Shown in pieces: positions 1-10,870 of a DNA stretch of 64,000 nt (position 1 is the stretch's first letter; each line of letters starts with the position of its first letter). The position numbers were made by a program, and so were the translations under genes. The stretch comes from Lingula anatina (Eukaryota > Animalia > Brachiopoda), in the NCBI GenBank assembly GCA_051362555.1, contig CM120640.1:12214001-12278000 (forward strand), in the 5' to 3' direction. The notes below the pieces were generated by a model. It was not told where the DNA came from and did no database searches. It worked only from the letters and a program-made list of their open reading frames with translations.

Positions 1-817
1 TCTCGTAGCTTTTTTAAAAGTAGTTATACAGTCAAAGAGAATGTGATATGAAGTACAGACGTTCATTATGATCACTGCGTCAGTAACTGTACGTACATGA
101 CGAGTCCAGGCTGCTAGGCTCTGGGGATCAATCTGAACGAGTCGAGTTCCTAGTCGTTACACCCCCGCCCCAATTTACCCTTGCAGCCTGTACACTGTAC
201 TTTGTAACTCTAGTGTTAACACTGGCAGACATCTGAGTGGAGGTAGACCTAATTAGGTTTGGAGATTGGACACAATAATGTAATTTTGTCCATGTTTGGA
301 GTTTCTCAGAGATAAGCCCCTCACTCCTCCCGGGCCTCAACAGTCTGGAACGTACTAATACAGGGGCATTTCACACAACTAGCAACATCCTGTTAAGAAT
401 GTAATAATTTGGCACTTTTGCAATATCCCCCATCATATAACTCTTTGATTTCTTTGACAATTCATTTACTAATTTAAAGGTGTTTTTTACATGAAATTTT
501 ATGCCTTCTAAATATCATCACCTAAGTTAGTTTTGATTAGCATTAAAAATTAGAGAGTAACAGGGTGGGGGCAATACTGCAAAAGTACCAATAATACCCC
601 TCCCCCACTCCTTTAAAAAAAGTCTGCTCTGTCAATTGTCTGTTAGGACTGCCAGATTGAGGATTAAACTGTACACACTAATAACAATTTACCAAATCAA
701 ACCCCATTGAAGTAAATGTTCTAATAGTTCTGTTAGAAAAATGCATGATCTTCCAGACAAAATCTCTTAGTATATTTTATCATAGTCTCAGTGTCACTCT
801 TTTTGTCCACTCTATAG

Positions 818-3777
818 CAATTATTGGTGGTGGTATTGGAGGGGCCTCAGCAGCTCACTACTGCAGAGAACTATTTGGTAAGGATACCACTATAGATTTA
901 TATGAGGCAGAACAAGTGGGTGGTAGGTTAAGGACCATCACCATTGATGGGAAGAGGTATGATTCTGGAGGAACCATTCTGCATCCCAGAAATTTTTATA
1001 TGAAGAATTTCACCAAGATGCTGGGTATGTTATTTTATTATAAATATGGAAATTTACATTAATTTATTTGGAGGATCACTTTGTCATTGTGTGTGTCCAG
1101 TTAAATTTGCGTATTATACTGCGCACATTTACCCAAACCTTGAATAATCTCACTTCTATTAGGTGCATACCAATAGCAGGCCTGCCCAACTACCAGACTC
1201 TGCACCGAATGATCCTAAATTCACTGGTAGATCGGACCACACCACCCTTTTTCAAGAATCATACGCAACACCTCTCTTGCCTAGTACATGTACGCGATGT
1301 GATAGTGATGATTCACAGCGGGGTTGGAAAGTATTGCATCTCAAAATTTGTTCTGTGGTATGATACTGAGAAATGCGTACTGATGCACATTTTGAAAACA
1401 GGTAGTGTGGTCCTATCTACCAGTGAATTCGGGTTCATTTGGTGCCAATCTGGCAGTTGGGTAGGCCTGAAAAGGGTGTAAGGAAGTGTATATGTATATG
1501 CTAGTATAGACAGAAGAAAGTTGATGTCAGTGCTGTGAAACTCGGTGATTTCACTGAATAACATATGCTTCATTGTGTGTGATATAAACTGCAATTTTGA
1601 CAGTTTTATATTATATTCTTGTTACATTTATATACATAATGTTAATATGCATGGTTCTACAGATGTATATGTTATTTTGGTGAATATTATTGTGTGTGGT
1701 TTTACATATTTGAGTATGTGCACACTTTGCATTTTTTGTAGAATTGGACACTGTGGATCACAAGGGAGGTGTCCTTGGAATCTATGATGGAAAGGAGTTT
1801 GTCTTCACAGGAAGCAAGTACAGCTTGGTGATGTTCTCCAAGTTACTGTGGCGATATGGTTATGATGTTATTCGGTTGAATTTTTTTATTCAGGATTTAC
1901 TGTCCAAGTTCAGTAGGTAATTAGTTTTATTATTATCACTATAATTTTGTCTTCATTGTGATTATTAAATATTTAAGAGTTTAAGTTTTCACTGATATTG
2001 AAAGGCAAAGACACATCAAAATATATTTACAAGTATGACCTACAGAGCCTGTAAAAAGCAGAATTTTCAAATCACAATGATAATAGAAAAGTATGAGCTA
2101 TTATTATGTTTATGCACATGTACATGTATGTATATTGACCAAGTGTTTAGTCTCGTGTAAAATCTAAAAAGGAATGTTCAAATGTTAAATCATGGAATTG
2201 ATTTTTGGTACCTTTGTCATAGAATTTATGATCTTCAAGATCAGGGCATGGCCTTCACCTCCACCAGTGGTTTGCTTAAAGCCATGTCACCAAAGTTTGA
2301 AGAGATGACCCACGTATCCACCAAAGCAGCTCTTTCAGAAGCTGGCTTCTCTGAGAAATTCATTAAAGAACTTGTAGGAGGAGCTCTCATGTCTAATTAT
2401 GGACAGACAACTAATGTTCAAGGTTTTGTAGGTATGTTCAGCGTAAGTTAAATTATGGTAATTTGTCCAAGACTAGTAATTTTACATTAACATATCATGA
2501 ATTTGAAATTGAATACCTCCGTCCTAATTATTTTGCAAGACAGCTTTTTCGTAAGATAATGAAAATTTACAAATTTTGATAGTCTCAGTTTTCAGTGGAA
2601 GTGGGATTGAAATTCATGTCAGTTTGGCATTGGTTTCAGTTATATCAATTTCCCTTTTGAAGGTTCGGTCAGCATTGCAGGGGCTGAGCCAGGACTATGG
2701 TCAGTAGAAGGCGGTAATAATAGAGTACCTGAGGGGTTAATTAAGGAGGCAAAGGTCAACCTTAATATGGCAGTAGTGACAGATATCACACTGACAGGAA
2801 AACAGTACGAGGTATATATGTGTATGGGATTCTGTGGAATGATCCCATGTGCTAGTTGAGACAGTAATGATTAATGTTGCGTTAGGTGATAGGGTTAATC
2901 ACCATTTTTGAGATCAAATTGTGGATCTTGTCTTTCAGAAGCATGAATTTTCAGGAAATGTTAATGATAATAAATCTCAATAGAAAATGAGGAAAAATAT
3001 CATAGTTTTTGCCATTGGTTGGTGAAAGATATGCTTAATTAAAGTAATATGCATATATGTGACCTTGGTATATTCAAAGACAATTTGGTAATTTATTTAT
3101 GTTTACATTATTTATGTAAATATTTATGTTACAACTAGGTCCAATATCTGAACAAAGATTCTTCAAGTCCAGTGAAGAAAGCTTATGACATAGTCATCAT
3201 AGCCACTCCTTTTCACCAAGATTCAAAGAAGGTGAACTTCCATGGTTTTCCGGAAACACCAAAAACCTATCAAGATTTCCATCGCACTGTAGCTACATAT
3301 GTAAGAGGTGTGCCTAACATTAGCAAGTTTGGTCAACAGAAGTTGGACGACTTACCTACAGCAATATTAGTCAGCAATCCCAACCTTATTTTCAATAGTA
3401 TAGGGCTCCAAAGACCAGTTGATAAAAAGCATAGAAATCCACATGGGACCGTTGATAAATCACATCCAGTTTATAAAGTTTTCTCTCAAGAACCACTAAG
3501 TGATGAGCAGTTGGGCGAATTGTTTACTACAATAGATTCTAAGAATGTGGTAGACTGGATGGCCTACCCCCATTATAAATCATCAGAAAAGTTACTAAAT
3601 TTCCAGCTTCATGATCAGATGTATTATTTGAATAGCATTGAGCTGGCAGCATCCTGCATGGAAACCAGTGCCATAGGTGGACGTAATGTGGCTCTCTTAG
3701 CCTATAACAGGTGGTTTGGCATTCAGGGTAAAATTGACAATCTTCCCAAAACATCTGGTGGCAAAACAGAGCTGTAA
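818..3777 (+). CDS. PCYOX1: Prenylcysteine oxidase 1-like (prenylcysteine lyase), multi-exon, 5' exon not identified in window
   Basis: Exons 818-1024, 1742-1916, 2223-2431, 2663-2811, 3139-3777 have AG/GT boundaries and join in frame. Protein shows FAD-binding Rossmann motif AIIGGGIGGASAAHY...E..VGGRL, SGGTILHPRN, NYGQ, GLWSVEGGN, DWMAYPHY, YYLNSIELAASCMETSAIGGRNVALL and C-terminal KTEL, all typical of PCYOX1 family. Signal-peptide exon presumably lies upstream. Confidence 0.93.
1177..1469. mobile_element. Non-autonomous DNA transposon (MITE) with CAGGCCT termini, family A copy 1
   Basis: Long imperfect TIRs caggcctgcccaactaccagact... / ...tctggcagttgggtaggcctg; homologous throughout to 45371-45687; flanks aatag / aaaag (4/5 match). 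Lies in a PCYOX1 intron. Confidence 0.88.
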
Positions 3778-4152
3778 TGCGTTATTCCAAATTCAAGTTG
3801 TTGGATTTAGATTATTTAGATGTAGTGTGGGGCAACTGCACTGCTACAATTAGAAATGTAAGTTTAAAAGGGCCAGTAATATATGGATAAATGAGCAGTT
3901 GTGTTTTATTGCCAAGAAAATCAATTTCTTACCAAAACCGACAATATTTGTCAATAATCATTTGCTGTTGATGAAACCAGTACTTGTATGTGGAACTTTG
4001 AATTAAGCCTTTTGTGATACTCTTCCACATCATTATGAAAGTAGGATGATTGTAAATTTTCGTATTTAATAGTTACAAACTGCTTACTTGAAAATGTAAA
4101 AGAGAATGATATGAAGAATCCATTCCATGCTTATTGAATTCAACCCACCAAT

Positions 4153-4256
4153 CTTAACTGAATGACACACCTGCTCCTTTTTCTAACAAACTCATATAAT
4201 CATCAACCAATCTGTATTCTACTTAACGGCAAGAAGAAGTATGTCATTCAGTTAAG
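4153..4256. repeat. Inverted repeat (15-bp perfect stem, 74-nt spacer)
   Basis: cttaactgaatgaca (4153-4167) is the exact reverse complement of tgtcattcagttaag (4242-4256); sits between convergent 3' ends of PCYOX1 and the 1274-aa gene. Confidence 0.7.
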
Positions 4257-5435
4257 CTGATTGCAGTCAGCGAGAGTACCCTAATAGTTGGGCTGATTCA
4301 TGAAGATCAATGGTGTGTATGGGAATGAGCCTACTGGATACAGGTGAAATATACCTGGGCAATGATCATGTTAAAATATAAGATGATAGAATAAATGAAA
4401 AAAATATTCATAATCACAATATATTTTTTACTCTGAATGTAGATACCTTACTTTAATGACACGACTGAAACAGAACTTACAGAATTGAAGATATAGATAT
4501 AACTGATCCATACACCACTTACATAAGTCAAAATCAAATAGGGCATAACATAAGCTTTAAAAGGTTAACAATCCTACAGATACTTCTTTTTCTGATTATA
4601 TATATTGTAAACAATCTGTGGTCAAGCGCTGTAAAAGACAATGGTGTCCATGTGGAAAAATATAACCAATTAACATATCATTTGTGGTTAGCATGCTGCT
4701 TTCTGATGAATATATGCCATTGAAGAAAAACATTTTCAACATTAAATAATTCTGTACAGTGACAATAAATATTATAATGATTACCAATCACAAGACACAT
4801 GACATAAAAAGTACCTTATAGTCTATGCACACCTGTAACATTCAAAATATGAAAGAGCTTGTCAAATAAAAAGATGAAATTCTTTAATTTATTTCTGTAA
4901 CATCCCTGATGAAATAAACACTAAATGACTCATTAAACATACCATTATCTGAATAATAGACTTTTTCTGAATTATTAACTGAATGAAGCTTGCAAGGAAA
5001 GCTAACAAATGAATATCTATCTATCTAAACAAATGCTTGTAAGCAACTTCAATTGTTCGTAAATAATATTATATGTTCGTAAATTATATTTATATACTCA
5101 AATGCATTCCATGCTAAACAAAACTGTCGAATAAACAAAAAAAATTAGGAAACCTTTGCACATAAGCATGCACAACATAAATAGTGCAACTACATAACTT
5201 ACAGTCTGTGGTAATACCTAAAATTGCACTCTTGATAGTATGTCTTCCATTATGTATTTTAACACCTGTATAACAACAATAATGTCTTGTACATCTTATC
5301 ACTCTTAAATGTACTTTCTCAAACATGGTTTAACTTTATATCTTTAGAAGAATATCTTTTCTATGCATGTATTCTCATGCAAATCTATAGTAGATATTGT
5401 TGAATTAATGAAGATTTAACAAATTTATAAGATGC

Positions 5436-8400
5436 TCATTTGTCTTTTTTCTTTCTCCTCAATATGTTGGGCAACTGTCTAGGAGCCAAACCTTTGATTT
5501 CAATGACGTCCATGGTCTTTTTAAGAGTATCATAGGTAAAATGCTCACATGGTTTGAAATTATGCAGGCAGCTTCCAAGAGCTGCACTTCCACGTTTCAT
5601 GTTGCGACAATAAGCATGATCATTCACCCAACACACATCACATATGTGAGGTATGCGACATGCACGTGGCATGTTAACATCATTGACATCAAGACTGGTT
5701 TGTCCACAAATCCATGGGTTTCTCATGGGGCGAAAAATAACTTTCATCATTTTCATCATAGCAGGGGACTTGCTAGCAATGGCTGAAGTTGTACTGCTTG
5801 GACAATGCTGGTCAGCCGTACTGGACCCTGGCTCTACTTCAACCCGTTCTCCATAAACCTCTTGAGCTGGAACCCCTTCTTCAATTATTGGTGAGGTCTC
5901 CCTTTCACGCCTTTCTCCTGCAGGAGGGAAGTAAGTGGGCACCATGTCATGTTCAGGTGTCACTGGCCTTGACCTTGTGGAAATTTCATTCTCATATTCC
6001 ACTGGCAGGTCAAGGTCAAGCGTCTCGTTGGGAAGAATGTTATACAAATTTTTCAGTGTAGCATAGTCCATTGTAGTCTCATCTGTCATGGCACACAGCT
6101 TTTCTACCAAGGTGTCTGTGATGGTAGTGAGTTTGGAGTCTGTCTCCATCGTACTTGTGAGTAAAGTGGTCAGCAGAGGCATACTTCCGGATGGACTTGA
6201 CTCTTTGTTATCTACCTGCTTAATAGGGTCACCCTCAGAGGTATCTTCTTCAACAATATTATGTTTTTTCTCATCAAAACTTGCTGATTCCATGTCTATA
6301 CATTCACTGGCTGTTGTCCCCTGATCTTCAGAGTTCTGTGTGGAAAAACCAGATGCTCCAACAACCACTTCTTCAGAGTCAACTATTGGAATCAAATCCT
6401 CAGAGAGACCTTGTTCTACAATGCTCTCTATAAGGGCTTCCTTTAGGGCCATAACTGCATTCTCTGATATCTCCTGCTTAAGTTTTTCAGCTGTGTCTAT
6501 GATGGATGAATAATCACCATCTTCTGATCTTGCCACTTTGACAAGTGAGCTTTCAACATAGCACTCTGAGCCTGTTATCTCCTCAGGTTCCAAAACTGCT
6601 TCTTCAATACTCAATCCACTTGGTTGAGGTAAAGAAGCTAAATTTCCTTCGTCAGAATTTTCTGAAGTAGCTTTTGGATCATGGACAGAATTTTCCAAGG
6701 TTTTAAATCCATCAAAATGACACATTGTATCTTGGACAGCACAATGTGTTTTAATTTTTTGGCATTCAAACTCTGCTGTATCTTCACAGTTTGGACTGGT
6801 CATTATGGCAGTTTCATCCTTAGATATTTCAGAGTCACTTGGAAAGATCACTTGTGAGATGCTGCCTGTGTCACTACTTACACCATCACCATTATTTACA
6901 CCAACTTTCTTGCTTATGGCGTTATCATTACAGGAACCCAATTCTACCAGAGGAGCATCTTCAGCAGCTATCAGATCTTTGGACTGATCACTTGTGGTAG
7001 GTCTAGCACCATCTTTCATTAAAAGAAGCTGGTTTCTTTCTAGTGGTAAGGACCCGTCATCCTTCTTTGAAAGCAGACATGGCCCTTCTACTTTCACATT
7101 CAAGCTACATTTGTCAGTCAAATTTTGACTGTTTGCCTCTCGTTTGACTTGGTTTTCATCAAAATCTGAATGAGTAGATGAATGTGAACCATCAAAATTT
7201 TGTTTAAAACTTTCAGGAGCAGTTGTTTCGGGAGATTTTGCTTCACAGTCTGTATCACATTTGCCCATATCAAAAACAACATTCATTTTTGTATTGATAT
7301 CACTGACATCTTCTGATATCTTTTTATAGTCATCAACATTGCACGCTTGCTTGTCATCCTTCCTGAGATCAGAAAACTGCCTTATCAAACTGTTCTCTGG
7401 AGCCAGAGCATGTAACAAGTTCTCAAAATCTACTAGGTGACTTTGCTCTGCTTTATCTGATGCTGCACCTTCCTCAACAGGATTTATGTCTTTCAGTGGC
7501 TGAAGTTCATTAAGGATGCTGGCTTCATTAATACAGGATGTGTCAGATGTTTCCTGGCTATTGGTATCATCTTGACCATAGGACTCGTCACTCTCTTTCA
7601 TCATCTCCTCATTGCAAGTTAAAGACAGCTCATCTACCCTCTCTGGACTCCTCAACTCTTGGGTTTCCTCACTCTCTGCATGCACTTCCCCTTGTATACA
7701 AGTCACCACATTGTCTGAGATTCTAAACAAGGAGTAGCCTGCTTGTTTAATACCAGTTTTTTCGCCAGGGGAGTCTGTATCACTGAGCGTTTCATCACAT
7801 TCTAATGGGGGAGTTTTTCTCTCCCTAGCTTCATGAGTGTCAGAAATGGAGTATTGTGGATAAACACAGGTTCCAGAAACACCAGCTCTAACTTTGTCTG
7901 TAGAGATAGCATGTTTGTTATCACAACGTGCTATGATATCTTGCTTTGAGGAAGTGAACAGTTTCAAAGATGAAGATGAACTAGGCTGAATTTGGCTATC
8001 AGTCAAACCTGGCAGAACTTTGTTGAGTTTGACTAGAGGCATTTTATTTCCACAGTGAGCATCATACAGACGCAGGATATCTTTGGACATGTGGCCTAGG
8101 TGCCCCCTGCTCTTGTTCAGCACAGCCAACGGACTGACCACTTTAGCTGGGTCAAGGTGCAGCTTGCGGGATGTGAATTTGGAAATGAATTTGTGAGTCT
8201 TCAGTCGTCGCAGTTTGCCACCTGGAGATCTGTGTAGCTTGCATGGGTTTTCTGGAGTAGCACTTCTGTTTGTTTCAAGAACTGACTTGCTGACCAACCC
8301 GTAAATACTGAGGAATTGTTCCTGAGTTATAATCTCCGAGGGGTGGGATACCTCCCTGTTAAGTTCATTATCAATGTTTACAACAGGAGGCTTGCAGATT

Positions 8401-9260
8401 TTCTTTTTCTTCATCGTCTGTTGTACTTCCCTATCTGTAGAAACTGGGCCTTTTACTTTTATGATTATACAGTCAGAGTCAGATTCAGATTCCAATTTAG
8501 CCTTCTTTGAAGATGGTCTGAAGTCCAAGCAGCTGTAGTCACTTCCTTTAGATCCCGAATTTGGTCTCTTCTGTGGAAGTAGGCTCATTCTTGAAAATGG
8601 ACTAGTGTGAGTAGATGTAGCACTAGATTTTTTAAGTAGTTGCTTTGATGCAGAAACTGAAGTTTTTACCTTTGTTTCTTTGTGATAAACTAAGTCATTT
8701 TTTGAAGGCAGTTGACTGTGTGTTAAACTTGTTTTGGCTGTACAACATGGGCACCCTGATATTGTTTTCTGTTTTCGTAACCTCTGGCTACTGACAAATG
8801 TGTTACTGTGAGTACCTGCAGATGCTGAAGCAACTGTTTGTACACATGTAGTCTTTATTGTCCCCTCATGACTAACAATCTTCACAGAGGTGTTACTGGT
8901 TGCCGTGCCCTGAACCCTGGACACTGATGGCTTTGCTGGACACTGAACATAGAAGAATTTCTGTTGATTTGTTTTAGATGCCACATCTTTTGATTTTCCA
9001 GACCCAACCTTGGTCACAGTCTGTGATGATTGAGGTTTTGTTTTACCCTGGCCAGAGGAAGGTTTCTTCTTTTTTGCCTGAATAGAACTAGCCCCTGAAC
9101 TTGCTCTTTTGTTGGCTGCTTTGAAGTTAATGCTATCCACATTAAACTCAAAGGCATCTTTACCATAAGCATTTGGCCGTTTATGGACTACCTTCTTTTT
9201 GTCCTCTGCCCCATCTCTCAGTTTGGCACTTGGTTTTCTTCTCTGGTGCCTGGTTCTCAT
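5436..9260 (-). CDS. Uncharacterised 1274-aa, largely low-complexity, probably nuclear protein encoded by a single coding exon
   Basis: 3825-nt uninterrupted ORF in AT-rich DNA; basic Lys/Arg-rich N- and C-termini, Ser/Glu/Asp-rich middle, Cys/His cluster near C-terminus. Splice acceptor (ttcag) 30 nt upstream of ATG at 9291-9292 and a candidate non-coding first exon with donor CAG|GTATG at 10483. No RT/transposase motifs seen. Confidence 0.85.
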   Translation of the reverse strand: MRTRHQRRKPSAKLRDGAEDKKKVVHKRPNAYGKDAFEFNVDSINFKAANKRASSGASSIQAKKKKPSSGQGKTKPQSSQTVTKVGSGKSKDVASKTNQQKFFYVQCPAKPSVSRVQGTATSNTSVKIVSHEGTIKTTCVQTVASASAGTHSNTFVSSQRLRKQKTISGCPCCTAKTSLTHSQLPSKNDLVYHKETKVKTSVSASKQLLKKSSATSTHTSPFSRMSLLPQKRPNSGSKGSDYSCLDFRPSSKKAKLESESDSDCIIIKVKGPVSTDREVQQTMKKKKICKPPVVNIDNELNREVSHPSEIITQEQFLSIYGLVSKSVLETNRSATPENPCKLHRSPGGKLRRLKTHKFISKFTSRKLHLDPAKVVSPLAVLNKSRGHLGHMSKDILRLYDAHCGNKMPLVKLNKVLPGLTDSQIQPSSSSSLKLFTSSKQDIIARCDNKHAISTDKVRAGVSGTCVYPQYSISDTHEARERKTPPLECDETLSDTDSPGEKTGIKQAGYSLFRISDNVVTCIQGEVHAESEETQELRSPERVDELSLTCNEEMMKESDESYGQDDTNSQETSDTSCINEASILNELQPLKDINPVEEGAASDKAEQSHLVDFENLLHALAPENSLIRQFSDLRKDDKQACNVDDYKKISEDVSDINTKMNVVFDMGKCDTDCEAKSPETTAPESFKQNFDGSHSSTHSDFDENQVKREANSQNLTDKCSLNVKVEGPCLLSKKDDGSLPLERNQLLLMKDGARPTTSDQSKDLIAAEDAPLVELGSCNDNAISKKVGVNNGDGVSSDTGSISQVIFPSDSEISKDETAIMTSPNCEDTAEFECQKIKTHCAVQDTMCHFDGFKTLENSVHDPKATSENSDEGNLASLPQPSGLSIEEAVLEPEEITGSECYVESSLVKVARSEDGDYSSIIDTAEKLKQEISENAVMALKEALIESIVEQGLSEDLIPIVDSEEVVVGASGFSTQNSEDQGTTASECIDMESASFDEKKHNIVEEDTSEGDPIKQVDNKESSPSGSMPLLTTLLTSTMETDSKLTTITDTLVEKLCAMTDETTMDYATLKNLYNILPNETLDLDLPVEYENEISTRSRPVTPEHDMVPTYFPPAGERRERETSPIIEEGVPAQEVYGERVEVEPGSSTADQHCPSSTTSAIASKSPAMMKMMKVIFRPMRNPWICGQTSLDVNDVNMPRACRIPHICDVCWVNDHAYCRNMKRGSAALGSCLHNFKPCEHFTYDTLKKTMDVIEIKGLAPRQLPNILRRKKKDK

Positions 9261-10299
9261 TGTTCAGTTTTTATGGCTGCTAATTCATACCTGAATGTTT
9301 AAAATATGGACATTAGTATTCAATTCTAATTTTTCGTATTCATCAATCTCAATGGTGCATACAAATACAAATTTACAAATGTCAACTTTAAAAACAGATA
9401 CAGTATCAGCACATATCTGATTGTCAGTTTTTAATCCTATTTTACAGCTGTGGTAGGTAATAAAAAATAAGTATTGAACAAGGAAATTTGATTTTGGAGT
9501 CTTGTTCTAAAAGTAAACCTTGCTTTCAAGCAGCAGGGAGATTGTTGCTTCAAGACAATTAAAAGGAATAGCAATTCTTACAATGTCAATGAGTAACCAA
9601 AATGAAAAATATACAGTGTCCCAAACATCATAACTTTGTTTGAAAATAAAAGGAATAAATGAGAAAAAAGGAAACAGATAAGTAAAAAATATGATTGAAA
9701 AACCGGTCAACTCTACAAAAATGTCTAAAATTGTATAATTATGTTTTTGACACTGTGTGCTATTCCTTGGAAATTTTCTTCTATGTGAAAGGAACACGAC
9801 ACATGTGGCACTGCATTAAACCATACCTGCAAAAAAATGAACACAACATGTTAGACTCTCCATAGTATACATATCTGTAAATTTATATTGTATAACCTAA
9901 CCCCCTTAATTTTGTATCTTAAGAAAAAGTTATGTGTACTGTACAACACGAGAACTATTTGAGTTCAATAAACACATCACAAGTTAAAAATACACTTGAG
10001 TCGCACGTAGCATGAACTTAACACAAAACATATTTCATATACGTAACACAGAAAAACATGTTTCTGTATGATTATTATTAGTAGTATGGATTATCTGTGA
10101 CTTTTGTTGAAATGCCACTTTTTAGTGTCCCTAATATCTCGAATTCTAAAGAAAAAATATTTAGTAACATTAACACGTGAAAGAAATGGTCCGACACTTT
10201 GCTAACTTCACTTTACTTCAGTTACACTGTCTTTTCGCATTATTATTTAGGTTATTCTATCATAATGAATAATAAGTAACTTGTCGAAGAAGACCCGAA

Positions 10300-10870
10300 A
10301 ATGGAAAGTTAAAATCAGGTTAATGCTGGGCGTTGCTGTTTGAGGACGTATAAATCCTCTTTAACCCGCCAATCCGTGCTTCCTTTTCTTACAAATGGTA
10401 AATGGACATTTGTTTAGTATATGAAGGTACTTTTAAAAGCAACACATCCATTCTTATATTTACATTTTAATAAGGAACATACCTGATCTTTTTCTTTTTG
10501 ACGTGGTGCCCTCTGCCGTCTAACCGTCCAGCAGATAAGGTCCGCAGAATACAGTGGGTAGTTTGTTAGTGGTTGGCATGGTTAGATACTGATTAAAACA
10601 TTGAAACGTTACATAAAGAAAATTCAAAAACATATTATACTACAGATAAAATTGTACATAGAATTTTATTGAAAAAATAATAATTTTCAATCTGTAGCAG
10701 TCCGTAGGGATGACCTTTACCTTGTGGGTCGTGTTTTTATCACGTGACATGATGCGACCGCATTTGGGGAGGTGAAAGACTTACGTATGCACACACAGAT
10801 GGGACATCAGGCACAATGAGCGACAGAACAAGCGATACTTTGCGTTGCCCAAAATGCGGAACGAGGTAGC
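10300..10870. promoter_or_regulatory. Putative bidirectional (head-to-head) promoter
   Basis: Local CpG enrichment versus flanks; minus-strand splice donor at 10481-10482 and plus-strand ATG/donor at 10816/10866 point away from each other; E-box TCACGTGAC at 10740-10748, TGACGT near 10499, CCAAT near 10369. Confidence 0.55.

Noticed and set aside
1068-1594. Overlapping 137/66/93-aa ORFs in PCYOX1 intron
   Set aside because: They span the family A MITE; no coding signature.
5541-8510. Several short plus-strand ORFs antisense to the 1274-aa gene
   Set aside because: Expected shadow ORFs opposite a long CDS.
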